From positions 96,001 through 160,000 of the forward strand of contig CAVTHS010000014.1 of NCBI GenBank assembly GCA_963734535.1: a DNA stretch of 64,000 nucleotides. The letters run 5' to 3'. Source of the DNA: an uncultured Chloroflexia bacterium (GTDB lineage: Bacteria > Chloroflexota > Limnocylindria > Limnocylindrales > CSP1-4). Of this stretch, positions 39,245 through 48,532 are shown piece after piece (position 1 is the first letter of the stretch; each line of letters begins with the position of its first letter). Both the position numbers and the translations under genes were made by a program. The notes under the pieces were generated by a model, which saw nothing but the letters and a program-made list of their open reading frames with translations, was not told the origin of the DNA and did not search any database.

Positions 39245-41575
39245 CTACGGGCTGGGCGTCGGCCGCGGGGTGCCGGACGGCTTCCTGGTCGCCGTCGCCT
39301 TCGGCGAGGCCTTCGGCGAGGCCGTGGGCGCGCCGGACGCCGCCGGGCTCGCCGAGCCACCGGGCAGCGCGCTGGCGCCCGGCGACCCGTCCGGGCCGGT
39401 GCCCGGGACCTGCTGGAGCGTCGCGGTCCCCAGCGTCGCCCCATCGATCCAGAAGATCGCGGGAGCCTGGCCCGGCGACCGGGGCGCGACGTAGAACCCC
39501 CGGAGGTCGGTCCAGGCCGGGCCGCCGCCGGCCGGCCGGTACTGCGCCAGGTAGGCACCGGTCAGCTTGTCGAACGCGAGCACCCGCGCATTCGCCGCGT
39601 CGAACACGTACAGGGTGCCTTCGCGGCGCGGGTCGGGCGAGTCGACCAGCGTGTACCGCCGGATCGGGCGCAGCGCGTCGTCGCCCGGCGGCGCCAGCGC
39701 CCAGTCACCCGACCGACCGCCCACGAAACGCTCGACCAGGCCCCCGTCGGCGAGATAGACCTCGCCGTCGATGTACATCGAGGTCACCTTCGAGACGTCC
39801 TGCGGGGTCGTCAGGTAGCCGGTCGCGGCGGCGGGATAGCTGGAACCGTCCGCGAGCATCGTGTAGCGCAGGATCTGCTGCTCCGACGGGTCGATGACGT
39901 ACAGGTTGTAGAGCGCCGCGTTGAAGTTGGCCACGAAGGTCCCGATCGCCATGATGTCGTTGCCCCAGGTGGCGGATTCCTGGACCGGGAGGCGACGCAG
40001 GGTGCCCTTGCCCGTGTCGTCGGCCGGGCGCCAGCGCCAGAGGATGTTCTTGTCGTCGAGCATGAGCAGGTCGGGACCGCCAACGGCAAGGTAGCGCGGC
40101 ACCCCCACCTTGATGCCGGCGCTCGCGACGACCTGGCCGGCCTTCATGATCGGGACGGCCTTGCGGGCCTGGAGGCTGATCCGGTAGACCGCCTTCGTTG
40201 TGCGGTCGAGGACGTACGGCGCGCCGTCCGGGCCCTGGACGAGCCCGGCGAGGTCGAAGGCCGGCTTCTGGGATGCGAAGGAGAACGCGGTCTGCGTCGC
40301 GATCTCCGCGACCCCATAGAGGCGGTCGAGCCCGGCCGTCGCCCGCAGGCGCACGGGGTCGAGCGTGGACGCCGGGATCCCGGCCGTCGCCGCCGTGGCG
40401 ACCTGGACCATCGCGTCCTTGAGCAGCTGCTCCGCGCGCCGCGGGTCGGCCGCGATCAGGTCCGTCCCGTTGTCGAAGACGAACCGGACATCGTCCCGGG
40501 CGGTCGCGAGGGCCTGTTCGCCCGCGGTGATCTGCGGGATCTGGGTGGTGGCGCCGGAGCCGCCGAGGACCCAGAGGCCGACGCCGAGGAGCGCGACGAT
40601 ACCGACGAACGCGAGCACCGCGTAGGCGGCCCGGCGCTGGGATTCGCGGCGGGTCGCCGCGGGCGTGACCCGCCGATAGCGGGTCCCGCGCCGTGGCAGC
40701 AGGTCCTGCACCCGGTCGACGACCCCGGCAAGCCCGCCACGGATCGCGTCGCGCGCCCGGCCGGCGCCCGACGAGACCGCGGCCAGCCCGCCCCCGACCG
40801 AGTCAGCGAGGGGGATCGGCGAACGGTCGGGGAGTCCCGCGAGGGGTTCGGGCGGCCGGACCGGGACGAGCCGGCCGCGGTGGGTGGTGGCCGAGACCTC
40901 GCCTGCCTCCAGGGCGAGCGCGGCGTCGCTGCCCGTCCCGCCCGCCGCCACGAAACGGTGGTGGAGGTGCTCCATCGCCGCCTGGGGGTGCAGCGTGACC
41001 ACGGCATCCTTGAGCTCGTCCGGGCCGAGCTTCGCGGTCAGGTTGGTCGAGACGAGGACGAGCGAGTCGCGGACTGCGATCTCGCCGCGCCACACCTCCG
41101 GGGTGATCTCCTCCATCGGCAGGCCGTTGGCGCGGGCCACGTCGGGCAGCGTCAGCAGGTGGGCCTGCCGGACGAGGTACGCCTCGGCGGGACCGGTCGT
41201 CACGACGTAGAGCTCGTTCCCGCGGACGACGGCCAGGCCGATGCCGATCGGGCCGGTTGGCCCGGCTCCCAGGGCAAGGCGCTCGCGCTGGGCGAGCAGG
41301 CGGCGGTTCGCGGCGCGGATCGCCTTCTCCAGGCACACGACGAGGCCAGCGGACTCGTCGTAGTAGTACTCCCCCTGGATCGTGTCCGCGACCACGTGGG
41401 TCGCCTCGCGCAGGCGCCGGCCCCGGCCGACGCCGGTCACAACGAGGAAGAGACTCCCCTTGGAACGGGCCGTCGCGCCGATCGTCGGCTCGACGATGGC
41501 GACGGTGTCCGGGGAGTCCTCGAGCCGCTCGGGCTCGGCCACGAGGCCGAGCTTCATCTGGAGTCGGACGGCCAT
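39245..41575 (-). CDS. Single-pass membrane protein: degenerate PP2C-like domain + TM + beta-propeller-like domain + Ser/Pro/Thr tail
   Basis: PP2C-like order of elements (LFLVV, LEKAIRAANRRL, ELYV, AYLVR, DSLVLVS); TM AAYAVLAFVGIVALLGVGLWVLG; repeated YVLD/YVID/YVFD strands. Confidence 0.6.
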   Translation of the reverse strand: MAVRLQMKLGLVAEPERLEDSPDTVAIVEPTIGATARSKGSLFLVVTGVGRGRRLREATHVVADTIQGEYYYDESAGLVVCLEKAIRAANRRLLAQRERLALGAGPTGPIGIGLAVVRGNELYVVTTGPAEAYLVRQAHLLTLPDVARANGLPMEEITPEVWRGEIAVRDSLVLVSTNLTAKLGPDELKDAVVTLHPQAAMEHLHHRFVAAGGTGSDAALALEAGEVSATTHRGRLVPVRPPEPLAGLPDRSPIPLADSVGGGLAAVSSGAGRARDAIRGGLAGVVDRVQDLLPRRGTRYRRVTPAATRRESQRRAAYAVLAFVGIVALLGVGLWVLGGSGATTQIPQITAGEQALATARDDVRFVFDNGTDLIAADPRRAEQLLKDAMVQVATAATAGIPASTLDPVRLRATAGLDRLYGVAEIATQTAFSFASQKPAFDLAGLVQGPDGAPYVLDRTTKAVYRISLQARKAVPIMKAGQVVASAGIKVGVPRYLAVGGPDLLMLDDKNILWRWRPADDTGKGTLRRLPVQESATWGNDIMAIGTFVANFNAALYNLYVIDPSEQQILRYTMLADGSSYPAAATGYLTTPQDVSKVTSMYIDGEVYLADGGLVERFVGGRSGDWALAPPGDDALRPIRRYTLVDSPDPRREGTLYVFDAANARVLAFDKLTGAYLAQYRPAGGGPAWTDLRGFYVAPRSPGQAPAIFWIDGATLGTATLQQVPGTGPDGSPGASALPGGSASPAASGAPTASPKASPKATATRKPSGTPRPTPSP

Positions 41576-41663
41576 GCGATTCGACGGACCTGACGCTCAG
41601 AGGCGGGCCGGCGTGACGCCGGTGGCGGGCAACCGCGCAGGCGGACATCGCCGCCCACCGGGG

Positions 41664-42023
41664 TCACCGGATGATACCCCGGCCCACCACCACCCGCAGC
41701 GATTCCGCCCGGATTCCGTCGGCCATCGCCGCGTATGCCGCGAGCAGGCCGTCGGCGCGCAGGAGCAGCTCCTGGCCGACGATCGGCGCGCTCGCCTCCA
41801 CGACCAGCACCCCGTCCCGCTCCAGCCGCACGGGCCGGGATCCACCCGCCGCCGCCGGCGCGTGGTCCTCCACGAGCCGATCCCACGCGGCGACGGCGCG
41901 CGCCCAGCGCAGCTGCTCCTCGAGGCCGAGGGCCCGGGCCGCCTCGGGCAGGAGATCGCCCACCCGGCGCGGCTGCCGGCGCCGCGGGACGCGCTCGTCG
42001 TCGAAGGGGCGGGCCGGCGACAC
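41664..42023 (-). CDS. dciA: DciA (DUF721) helicase-loading factor
   Basis: W..LV, A..SRP, GVLVV.A and QEL motifs; directly downstream of recF. Confidence 0.75.
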   Translation of the reverse strand: MSPARPFDDERVPRRRQPRRVGDLLPEAARALGLEEQLRWARAVAAWDRLVEDHAPAAAGGSRPVRLERDGVLVVEASAPIVGQELLLRADGLLAAYAAMADGIRAESLRVVVGRGIIR

Positions 42024-42032
42024 GCGGTGACC

Positions 42033-43172
42033 TCAGCCGGCCCGCGGTCCCACGAGCCGGGCGCCCAGGGTGGCGTCCGGGACGACCTCCCAGGCCGCCC
42101 CGATCGCCCGCAGGGCCGGATCCAGGTCGTCGAGCGTGGTCGTCGTGACGAACGCCTGCGGCAGGCCCGCGATCCGCCGGACCAGGTGGCTGCGGCGCGC
42201 CGGATCGAGCTCGCTGAAGACGTCGTCGAGCAGGAGGAGCGGGGCCCGGCCGTCGTGCGCGGTCAGCAGGTCCAGCTCCGCGAGCTTGAGGGCGAGGATC
42301 GCCGTCCGCTGCTGGCCGCGCGACGCGAACGTGGCGAGGTTCCGCCCGTCGAGCCGGAAGGCGAGGTCGTCCCGGTGCGGGCCCACCAGGGTGACCCCGT
42401 TCCACCCCTCCTTCTCGGCCGTGTCGGCGAGGCGCCTCGCGAGCGCGTCGTGGTGGCTCTCGCCCGAGGCGGGCGCCACATTGCTCTCGTAGGTGATCGC
42501 CAGGCGTCCCTCGTCGGCGGCGATCTCCGCGTGGGCGGCGAGGAGCGGGGCGGAGAGCTCGCCGAGTGCGCGCTGCCGGGTGTCGAGGATGGTCGCCCCG
42601 GCGTCGACGAGCCTGGTGTCCCACGGCGGCAGCTCGTCGCGCCCCGCCTGTCCTTCACGGATGGCGCGCAGGAGGGCGTTGCGCTGGGCGAGGATGCGGC
42701 CGTAGGCAGCCAGGTCGGCCGGGTGGGCCGGGCTCCGCTGGGCGGCCAGCGCATCGAGCATGCCTCGGCGGAGCGACGGCGGCCCGACGATGAGCAGCAT
42801 CTCTTCGGGCGCAAAGACGACCACGCGCAGGAGCCCGGCAAGGGCAGTGGCTCGTCGGGGAACCCCGTTGACCCGGATCCGCTTGCGGCCTCCGGCCGGT
42901 CCTTCGCGAACGAGCGTGACGTCGAGCTCGAGCGGGTCGAGGCCCGGGAGCTCGCGGCGGGTGTCGACGCGGGCGAACGGGGCATCCCAGCGGATCAGCT
43001 CGGCGTCCGCCAGGGTCCGGTGCGACGACCCGCGGGCGCACACCACGAGGGCCTCGAGCAGGCTCGTCTTCCCCGCCGCGTTCGGGCCCCAGACCAGGTG
43101 GGCGCCCGGTCCGAACGTCGCGGCCAGGGTTGCGTAGCCGCGGAAGCCGCTGAGCGAGACGGAGGTCAGCAC
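42033..43172 (-). CDS. recF: DNA replication/repair protein RecF
   Basis: GPNAAGKTSLLEA, GPHRDD, SRGQQR and LLLDDVFSELD motifs. Confidence 0.96.
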   Translation of the reverse strand: MLTSVSLSGFRGYATLAATFGPGAHLVWGPNAAGKTSLLEALVVCARGSSHRTLADAELIRWDAPFARVDTRRELPGLDPLELDVTLVREGPAGGRKRIRVNGVPRRATALAGLLRVVVFAPEEMLLIVGPPSLRRGMLDALAAQRSPAHPADLAAYGRILAQRNALLRAIREGQAGRDELPPWDTRLVDAGATILDTRQRALGELSAPLLAAHAEIAADEGRLAITYESNVAPASGESHHDALARRLADTAEKEGWNGVTLVGPHRDDLAFRLDGRNLATFASRGQQRTAILALKLAELDLLTAHDGRAPLLLLDDVFSELDPARRSHLVRRIAGLPQAFVTTTTLDDLDPALRAIGAAWEVVPDATLGARLVGPRAG

Positions 43173-43213
43173 CGGGCTGGACGCGGCCAGGAGACCCGGT
43201 CGCGCGGCCGCCG

Positions 43214-44332
43214 CTACGAGGTGGTCCGGACCGGCATGACCACGTGCGTGTAGTCGCGCCCGTCCGCCGGCCGGAAGACGCCCGGAGAGAGCGGCCCGTT
43301 CAGCTCGATCACGAAGCGGTCCGCGTCCACGTTCTGGAGCGCGTCGCTGAGGTAGCGGGCATTGAAGGCGATCGTCGTGCCGTCTCCCTCGATGGTGGCG
43401 TCGACCAGGCCCCGGTGGTCGCCGACCTCGGCCGCGGCCGCCACGAGGACCTGGGCGGCTCCGTCGGGCGCGACCTGCATCCGGACGATGTTCGCGGAGG
43501 AGCTGGCGATGAATCCGGCCAGCCGCACGGCCTTGAGAAGGTCGTCCCTGTCCACCTCGACGCGCGTCGCGTGGGTGGTCGGCAGGACCTGCTGGTAGTT
43601 GGGGAACTGGCCGTCGATCAGCCGGCTCACGACGTCGATGCCCTCGACATGGAAGAGGATCTGGTTCTTCTGCGGCGAGAGGATCAGCTCCACCGGGTCG
43701 TCAGTGTCGGCCAGCACGCGGGCGAGCTCCGCATACGAGCGGGCGGGGACCACGATGCTCGTCTCCTCGACCGCGTCGAGGGTTGGGATCGTCGTGATCG
43801 CAATCCGATAGTTGTCCGCCGCGGCGAGGGTGAGCCGATCGCCCTCGAACCGGGTGAGGACGCCCGTGAGGATGGGTCGGGCCTCGTCGGAGGCGGCCGC
43901 GAAGGTCACCTCGGACAGGGCTCTCCGCAGGACGCGCTGGCTGATCCGGGTGGTCGGGCGCTCGCCCGCCGCGGGGATCGCCGGGAACTCGTCGGCGTCG
44001 ATGCCGCGAAGGGTCGTCTCGAAGTGGCCCGCCCGGAGGAAGAGGCGGTCGCCAGTTCGGACCTCGAGGTCGACGCGCTCCTGGGACGGGAGGCCGCCGA
44101 CGATCTCGGCGAAGAGGCGGGCCGGAACCGTGATCGCGCCGTCTGATTCGATCCGCCCCGGGACCCAGTACGTGATCCCGATCTCCAGGTTGGTCGCGGT
44201 CAGCTTGAGGCCGGCGTCCTCGGTCCGGAGAAGCACGTTGGCGAGGACGGGCAGCGTGCTGCGCCCGGAGACCGCGTGGCCCACGACGGAGAGGCCGCGC
44301 GCAAGGTTCTCGCAGATGACGGACAGGTTCAC
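43214..44332 (-). CDS. dnaN: DNA polymerase III beta clamp
   Basis: TLPVLANV, ATNLE, RPILTGV, DNYRI, SRLIDGQFPNY, FNARYL and VMPVR motifs; GTG 44332. Confidence 0.96.
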   Translation of the reverse strand: MNLSVICENLARGLSVVGHAVSGRSTLPVLANVLLRTEDAGLKLTATNLEIGITYWVPGRIESDGAITVPARLFAEIVGGLPSQERVDLEVRTGDRLFLRAGHFETTLRGIDADEFPAIPAAGERPTTRISQRVLRRALSEVTFAAASDEARPILTGVLTRFEGDRLTLAAADNYRIAITTIPTLDAVEETSIVVPARSYAELARVLADTDDPVELILSPQKNQILFHVEGIDVVSRLIDGQFPNYQQVLPTTHATRVEVDRDDLLKAVRLAGFIASSSANIVRMQVAPDGAAQVLVAAAAEVGDHRGLVDATIEGDGTTIAFNARYLSDALQNVDADRFVIELNGPLSPGVFRPADGRDYTHVVMPVRTTS

Positions 44333-44772
44333 GGGACAGTCACTCCGGGTGCTCGGGACAGGGGCGGACAGGGGAGGTCCGGCCGGCCGGGACACGATGG
44401 ATTCGTGGTTTGGTGCATGGTCGCATATCGAGTCATCACCGTCGTCATCATGGTGTTGACGGAGTGGACCGACGCGCTTCGCCGCGCTCGGGCGACCGGT
44501 GGAGGAACGCCGTCCGAAAGGGGGAAAGCGCGCGCGGCCGGCGGACGGGCCCCGGGTCGAGGCGTGGACAGATAACGGCCCCGCGGGACGGAGCCCGCCA
44601 AATCGTCGATGGAGGGTCCGGCGATCCCCCGCGGGACGCCCGCCGCGAGGGAGCATTGTCCACACGGCAACCAGGTTTTCCACCGATTTCGGGCATTTTT
44701 CCACACGCAGGGTCGCCGCCGGCCCGGTTCGCGACGGGGCGGCCGTCCGCGCGGCACGCGGCGAGTCGCGCG
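44333..44772. other. oriC: Replication origin (oriC) between dnaA and dnaN
   Basis: DnaA boxes TTGTCCACA 44656-64, TTTTCCACC 44676-84 and TTTTCCACA 44697-705 (+); CTGTCCACG ~44563-71 (-); tandem degenerate boxes plus a trinucleotide run at 44432-44471. Confidence 0.8.
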
Positions 44773-46140
44773 TCAGTCGGCGTAGATCAGCTCGCGGACC
44801 GCGGCGATGTCGCGGCGCATCTCGTCGTTGATCGCCGCCTCCCGGTTGATCTTGTCGTAGGCGTGGAGCACGGTCGAGTGGTCGCGCCCGCCGAGCTCCG
44901 CGCCGATTCGCAGCAGGGAGACGTCCGTCTCCTCGCGCATCAGGAACATGGCGATCTGGCGGGGCGTGACGATCGCCTTGTCGCGCTTCTGGCCGCGCAG
45001 CGCGTCGAGCCCGACCCCGTAATAGTCGGCCACCGCGCGGGCGATCTTCTCGGTCGTGACCTGGCGCTTCTTCGGGTTGTAGAGGACGTTCGAGAGGACC
45101 GCCTGGGCCAGCTCGATCGTGATCGGCATCGCCCCCATGCTGGCGTAGGCGACGACGCGGTTGAGCGCTCCCTCCAGCTCGCGGATGTTGCTGACGACCT
45201 TGCGCGCGATGAACTCGATCACGTCCGACCCGATCGGCACGGCCGAGTCCTCGGCCTTGGCGCGCAGGATGGCGATCCGCGTCTCGAGGTCCGGCGCGGT
45301 CAGGTCGGCGATCAGGCCCCACTCGAACCGGCTCCGCAGCCGCTCCTCGAGGGTGATGATCTGCTTCGGCGGGCGGTCCGAGGAGAGGACGATCTGCTTG
45401 CCGTCCTCGTGGATCGCGTTGAACGTGTGGAAGAACTCCTCCTGGGTCCGCTCCTTGTCGGCGATGAACTGGATGTCGTCGATCAGGAGCAGGTCGATGC
45501 GCCGGTAGCGACCGCGGAAGTCGTCGATCCGACCCTGCTGGATGCTGGTGATGAACTCGTTGGTGAACTTCTCGCTCGTGGCGTAGACGACGCGCTTGCG
45601 CGGGAAGCGAGCCACGACCGCGTTCCCGATGGCGTGCATCAGGTGGGTCTTGCCCAGGCCCACGCCGCCGTAGAGGAAGAGCGGGTTGTAGGCATGGCCG
45701 GGACGCTCCGCCACCGAGAGCGCCGCGGCATGGGCCAGGCGGTTGGCGGACCCCACGATGAAGTTCGAGAACGTGTAGCGCGGGTTGACGTTGGCGGCCG
45801 AGCCGTCGCCGCCGACACGGGTGGGCTCGACCCGGACGTCGTGCGCCGCCGCAGCCGCGACGACGCCATCCGCCCCCGGCTCGGCGACGACCGCGTCCGC
45901 TCGCACCACGAACTCGACCGCCACGCTGTAGCCGACGATCCGGGCGAGCGTCTGCGAGATCAGGGAGCGATAGCGCGTCTCGAGCCAGTCCTTCGCGAAC
46001 CCGTTGGGGACCGCGATGCGGAAGCGCGTGTCGTCGACCTCGACCAGGGCCGTATGCCGCAGCCACGTCTCGAAGTTGGCCGGCGACAGGGCGACCTGGA
46101 GCTCTCCGAGGGCCGCGCGCCAGATGTGTCGTGTATCCAA
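44773..46140 (-). CDS. dnaA: Chromosomal replication initiator DnaA
   Basis: YNPLFLYGGVGLGKTHL, LLIDDIQF, QEEFFHTFN, RELEGAL and GGRDHSTV motifs; TTG start 46140. Confidence 0.98.
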   Translation of the reverse strand: MDTRHIWRAALGELQVALSPANFETWLRHTALVEVDDTRFRIAVPNGFAKDWLETRYRSLISQTLARIVGYSVAVEFVVRADAVVAEPGADGVVAAAAAHDVRVEPTRVGGDGSAANVNPRYTFSNFIVGSANRLAHAAALSVAERPGHAYNPLFLYGGVGLGKTHLMHAIGNAVVARFPRKRVVYATSEKFTNEFITSIQQGRIDDFRGRYRRIDLLLIDDIQFIADKERTQEEFFHTFNAIHEDGKQIVLSSDRPPKQIITLEERLRSRFEWGLIADLTAPDLETRIAILRAKAEDSAVPIGSDVIEFIARKVVSNIRELEGALNRVVAYASMGAMPITIELAQAVLSNVLYNPKKRQVTTEKIARAVADYYGVGLDALRGQKRDKAIVTPRQIAMFLMREETDVSLLRIGAELGGRDHSTVLHAYDKINREAAINDEMRRDIAAVRELIYAD

Positions 46141-46337
46141 GACGGACGACCCTGCATGACTCGGGCCTGCGGGCCCGGCGGTACTCGGTGACCGGTTCCG
46201 GGCAGCACGAACTGGACCAGAAACCACTGAATCGACACACGGCGGGACTACCCAGGTGGCCGAGCGACCGCTTCTGGGCGGCCCCCGGCGTCGCCCGGAG
46301 GTTGCCCGCAGGCGTCCCGGCGACCGTGGGCCGACGC

Positions 46338-46367
46338 ATGGTAGCACCGCCCGGACCGGCCCCGCAA
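46338..46367 (-). promoter_or_regulatory. Candidate dnaA promoter
   Basis: TTGCGG-18-TACCAT with an extended TGn on the minus strand. Confidence 0.45.
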
Positions 46368-46470
46368 GGCAATGTGGCACCCAAACCGTCATACTCCCAG
46401 GGGGTATATCGGGACACCGCCGCCGGGCACCATTCGGCTCTCCGGGCGCCCCCGGCGAGAGCGACGCCGT

Positions 46471-46499
46471 TTGACACCCCGGAGGGGACCTTCCATAAT
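46471..46499 (+). promoter_or_regulatory. rpmH promoter
   Basis: TTGACA-17-CATAAT. Confidence 0.7.
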
Positions 46500-46611
46500 C
46501 GCGCGGCGTTGACGTGCCCTTCGCCTCCGTGCGGGCGGCGCGTCCACGTGCCTTCTGGGGGCGAAACGACCGAAACCCCTGGGGCCGGACGGTTGAGGAT
46601 CACGACACCCG

Positions 46612-46746
46612 ATGAAGCAGACCTATCAGCCGAAGAAGCGCCATCGCGCCAAGGAGCACGGCTTCCGCGCCCGGATGAAGACGACCGGGGGTCGCCGGGT
46701 TCTTGCCGCGCGCCGCGCCCGGGGCCGGAAGCAGCTGACGGCCTGA
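46612..46746 (+). CDS. rpmH: 50S ribosomal protein L34
   Basis: [44 protein letters not shown], translated by hand (below the ORF-track size). Confidence 0.97.
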   Translation: MKQTYQPKKRHRAKEHGFRARMKTTGGRRVLAARRARGRKQLTA

Positions 46747-46781
46747 CGCCGACCTCGGGCCGCGACAACCGGCGGCTCGCG

Positions 46782-47117
46782 ATGCTCACCCGGCCGGCGG
46801 ACTTCGCGGCGCTCCAGGCGTCGAGGACCACTCGGTCCCACCCGCTGATGACCGCCCGGTTTCGACGGACCGGCCTCGACCAGGTTCGCTTCGGCTTCGC
46901 CACCGGACGGGCGGTGGGGGGAGCCGTGATCAGGAACCGGACGCGCCGCCGCCTCCGGGAAGCACTCAGGGTGATGGCGCCCTCGTTCCAGCCGGGCTGG
47001 GACGTGCTCATCATCGCTCGACCCGCGCTCGTGGCGGCGGACCACCGGACGCTCGTCGAGGTACTGGAACGGCTCCTCCGGCGCGGAGGGGTCTTCGGAG
47101 GATCGACGCCCTCGTGA
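46782..47117 (+). CDS. rnpA: Ribonuclease P protein component
   Basis: RFGF...[15 protein letters not shown] (RNR motif); lies between rpmH and yidD. Confidence 0.93.
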   Translation: MLTRPADFAALQASRTTRSHPLMTARFRRTGLDQVRFGFATGRAVGGAVIRNRTRRRLREALRVMAPSFQPGWDVLIIARPALVAADHRTLVEVLERLLRRGGVFGGSTPS

Positions 47118-47320
47118 AGCGGATCGGGATCGGGCTCATCCGGCTCTACCGAACCGTGTTCGCGTGGCTGCCGTCGAGCTGCCGGTTCTATCCCACCTGC
47201 TCGCACTACACGGAGCAGGCCATCCAGAAGTACGGCCTTCTCCGGGGAGGCTGGATGGGAGCGCGGCGCATCGCCCGCTGCCACCCATGGAACCCCGGTG
47301 GCTATGACCCGGTCCGCTAG
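47114..47320 (+). CDS. yidD: Membrane protein insertion efficiency factor
   Basis: [10 protein letters not shown] and [13 protein letters not shown] motifs. Confidence 0.95.
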   Translation: MKRIGIGLIRLYRTVFAWLPSSCRFYPTCSHYTEQAIQKYGLLRGGWMGARRIARCHPWNPGGYDPVR

Positions 47321-48530
47321 GTGAGGCAGCTCTACGTGTCGCTCCCCCGTCCGCGCCGTGAGCTGCTGCTCCCGCTCCTCCTGATCGTCGGAGTGGCGCT
47401 CCTCGTGGCTGCCTGCAGCCCCTCGGGGATCGTCCCGGTCGGCAGCGGCGGGGTTGCCGCCACGGCAGCGCCGCACCCGCCGCTCACCCCGGCGCAGCCC
47501 GGCGCCGACCCGGTCTCGCTGATGGCCTGGATCTTCAACCCGATCTTCCAGCTCCTCTACATCCTCCTGGTCTGGCTCCAGAAGGTGACCGGCGACGTCG
47601 GCGTCGCGATCATCCTGATGACGCTGATCGTGCGGGCGGCGCTCATCCCGCTCTTCCGCCGCCAGATCGTCTCCACCAAGCGGATGCAGCTGATCCAGCC
47701 GGAGCTCAAGGAGCTCCAGAAGCGCTACAAGGGCGACCGGGCCAAGTACAGCGCCGCCCAGATGGAGCTCTTCAAGGAGCGCGGGGTCAACCCCGCGTCC
47801 GGATGCCTGCCCCTGCTCCTCCAGCTCCCGCTCCTGATGATCATCTACTCGGTGATCAGCCAGGGCCTGACGAACCCGGACCCGCAGGCGATGTTCAGCT
47901 TCTTCGGGTTCCACCTCGTGGACTACTCGTGCGTCAACCACCTGGGCACGGCCGCCTACAACGCCTATCAAGCCCTGCATCAACACGACCGTGGCGTGGC
48001 TCGGGAACCTCGATGTCTCGAAGCCCTGGACCCTCTTCCCGGACGTCGCGTTCCTGAGCTGGTTCAGCCTCCTGGCGGCCGCCTCGGCGGTCCTCCAGCT
48101 GGTCCAGAGCCGCATGACGATGCCTCCGTCAACGGCCGCCTTCAGCGACCAGAACTCCAAGGTCCAGCGGCAGCTCGTGATGTTCCTGCCCCTGATCTCG
48201 CTCGCCTACGGCGGGTTCCTGCCCGCCGGCCTGTTCATCTACTGGATCGTCACCACGATCTTCGGGATCATCCAGCAGTACCTCATCGTCGGCTGGGGCT
48301 CCACGTTCCCGCTGTTCGGCTATACACCCGGCTTCGCACGCGACCATCGCCCGCGGTTCCCCGTCGAGGAGCCGACGATCGAGGTCGGGAGCGCTCCCGG
48401 CACGGCTCGCAAGCCGGCAACCGTCCGTCCGCCTGTGGACCGCACGCCGGCCGCCCGCACAGCTTCCGCGGCGGCCACCGTGCGACCCCGAGAACGAGGC
48501 CGTCAGGGCCGCCGAGGGAGAAAGCGCTGA
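47321..48530 (+). CDS. yidC: Membrane protein insertase YidC (lipoprotein type); +1 frameshift near 47966
   Basis: Lipobox LVAAC; MQLIQPE and VNPASGCLPLLLQLP in one frame, then PAGLFIYW..QQY in the +1 frame. Confidence 0.9.
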
Positions 48531-48532
48531 GC

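Noticed and set aside
43214-48160. 1648-aa ORF ending in DnaN
   Set aside because: Only the last 372 aa are DnaN; the rest is a stop-free frame across oriC, dnaA and the antisense of rpmH-yidC
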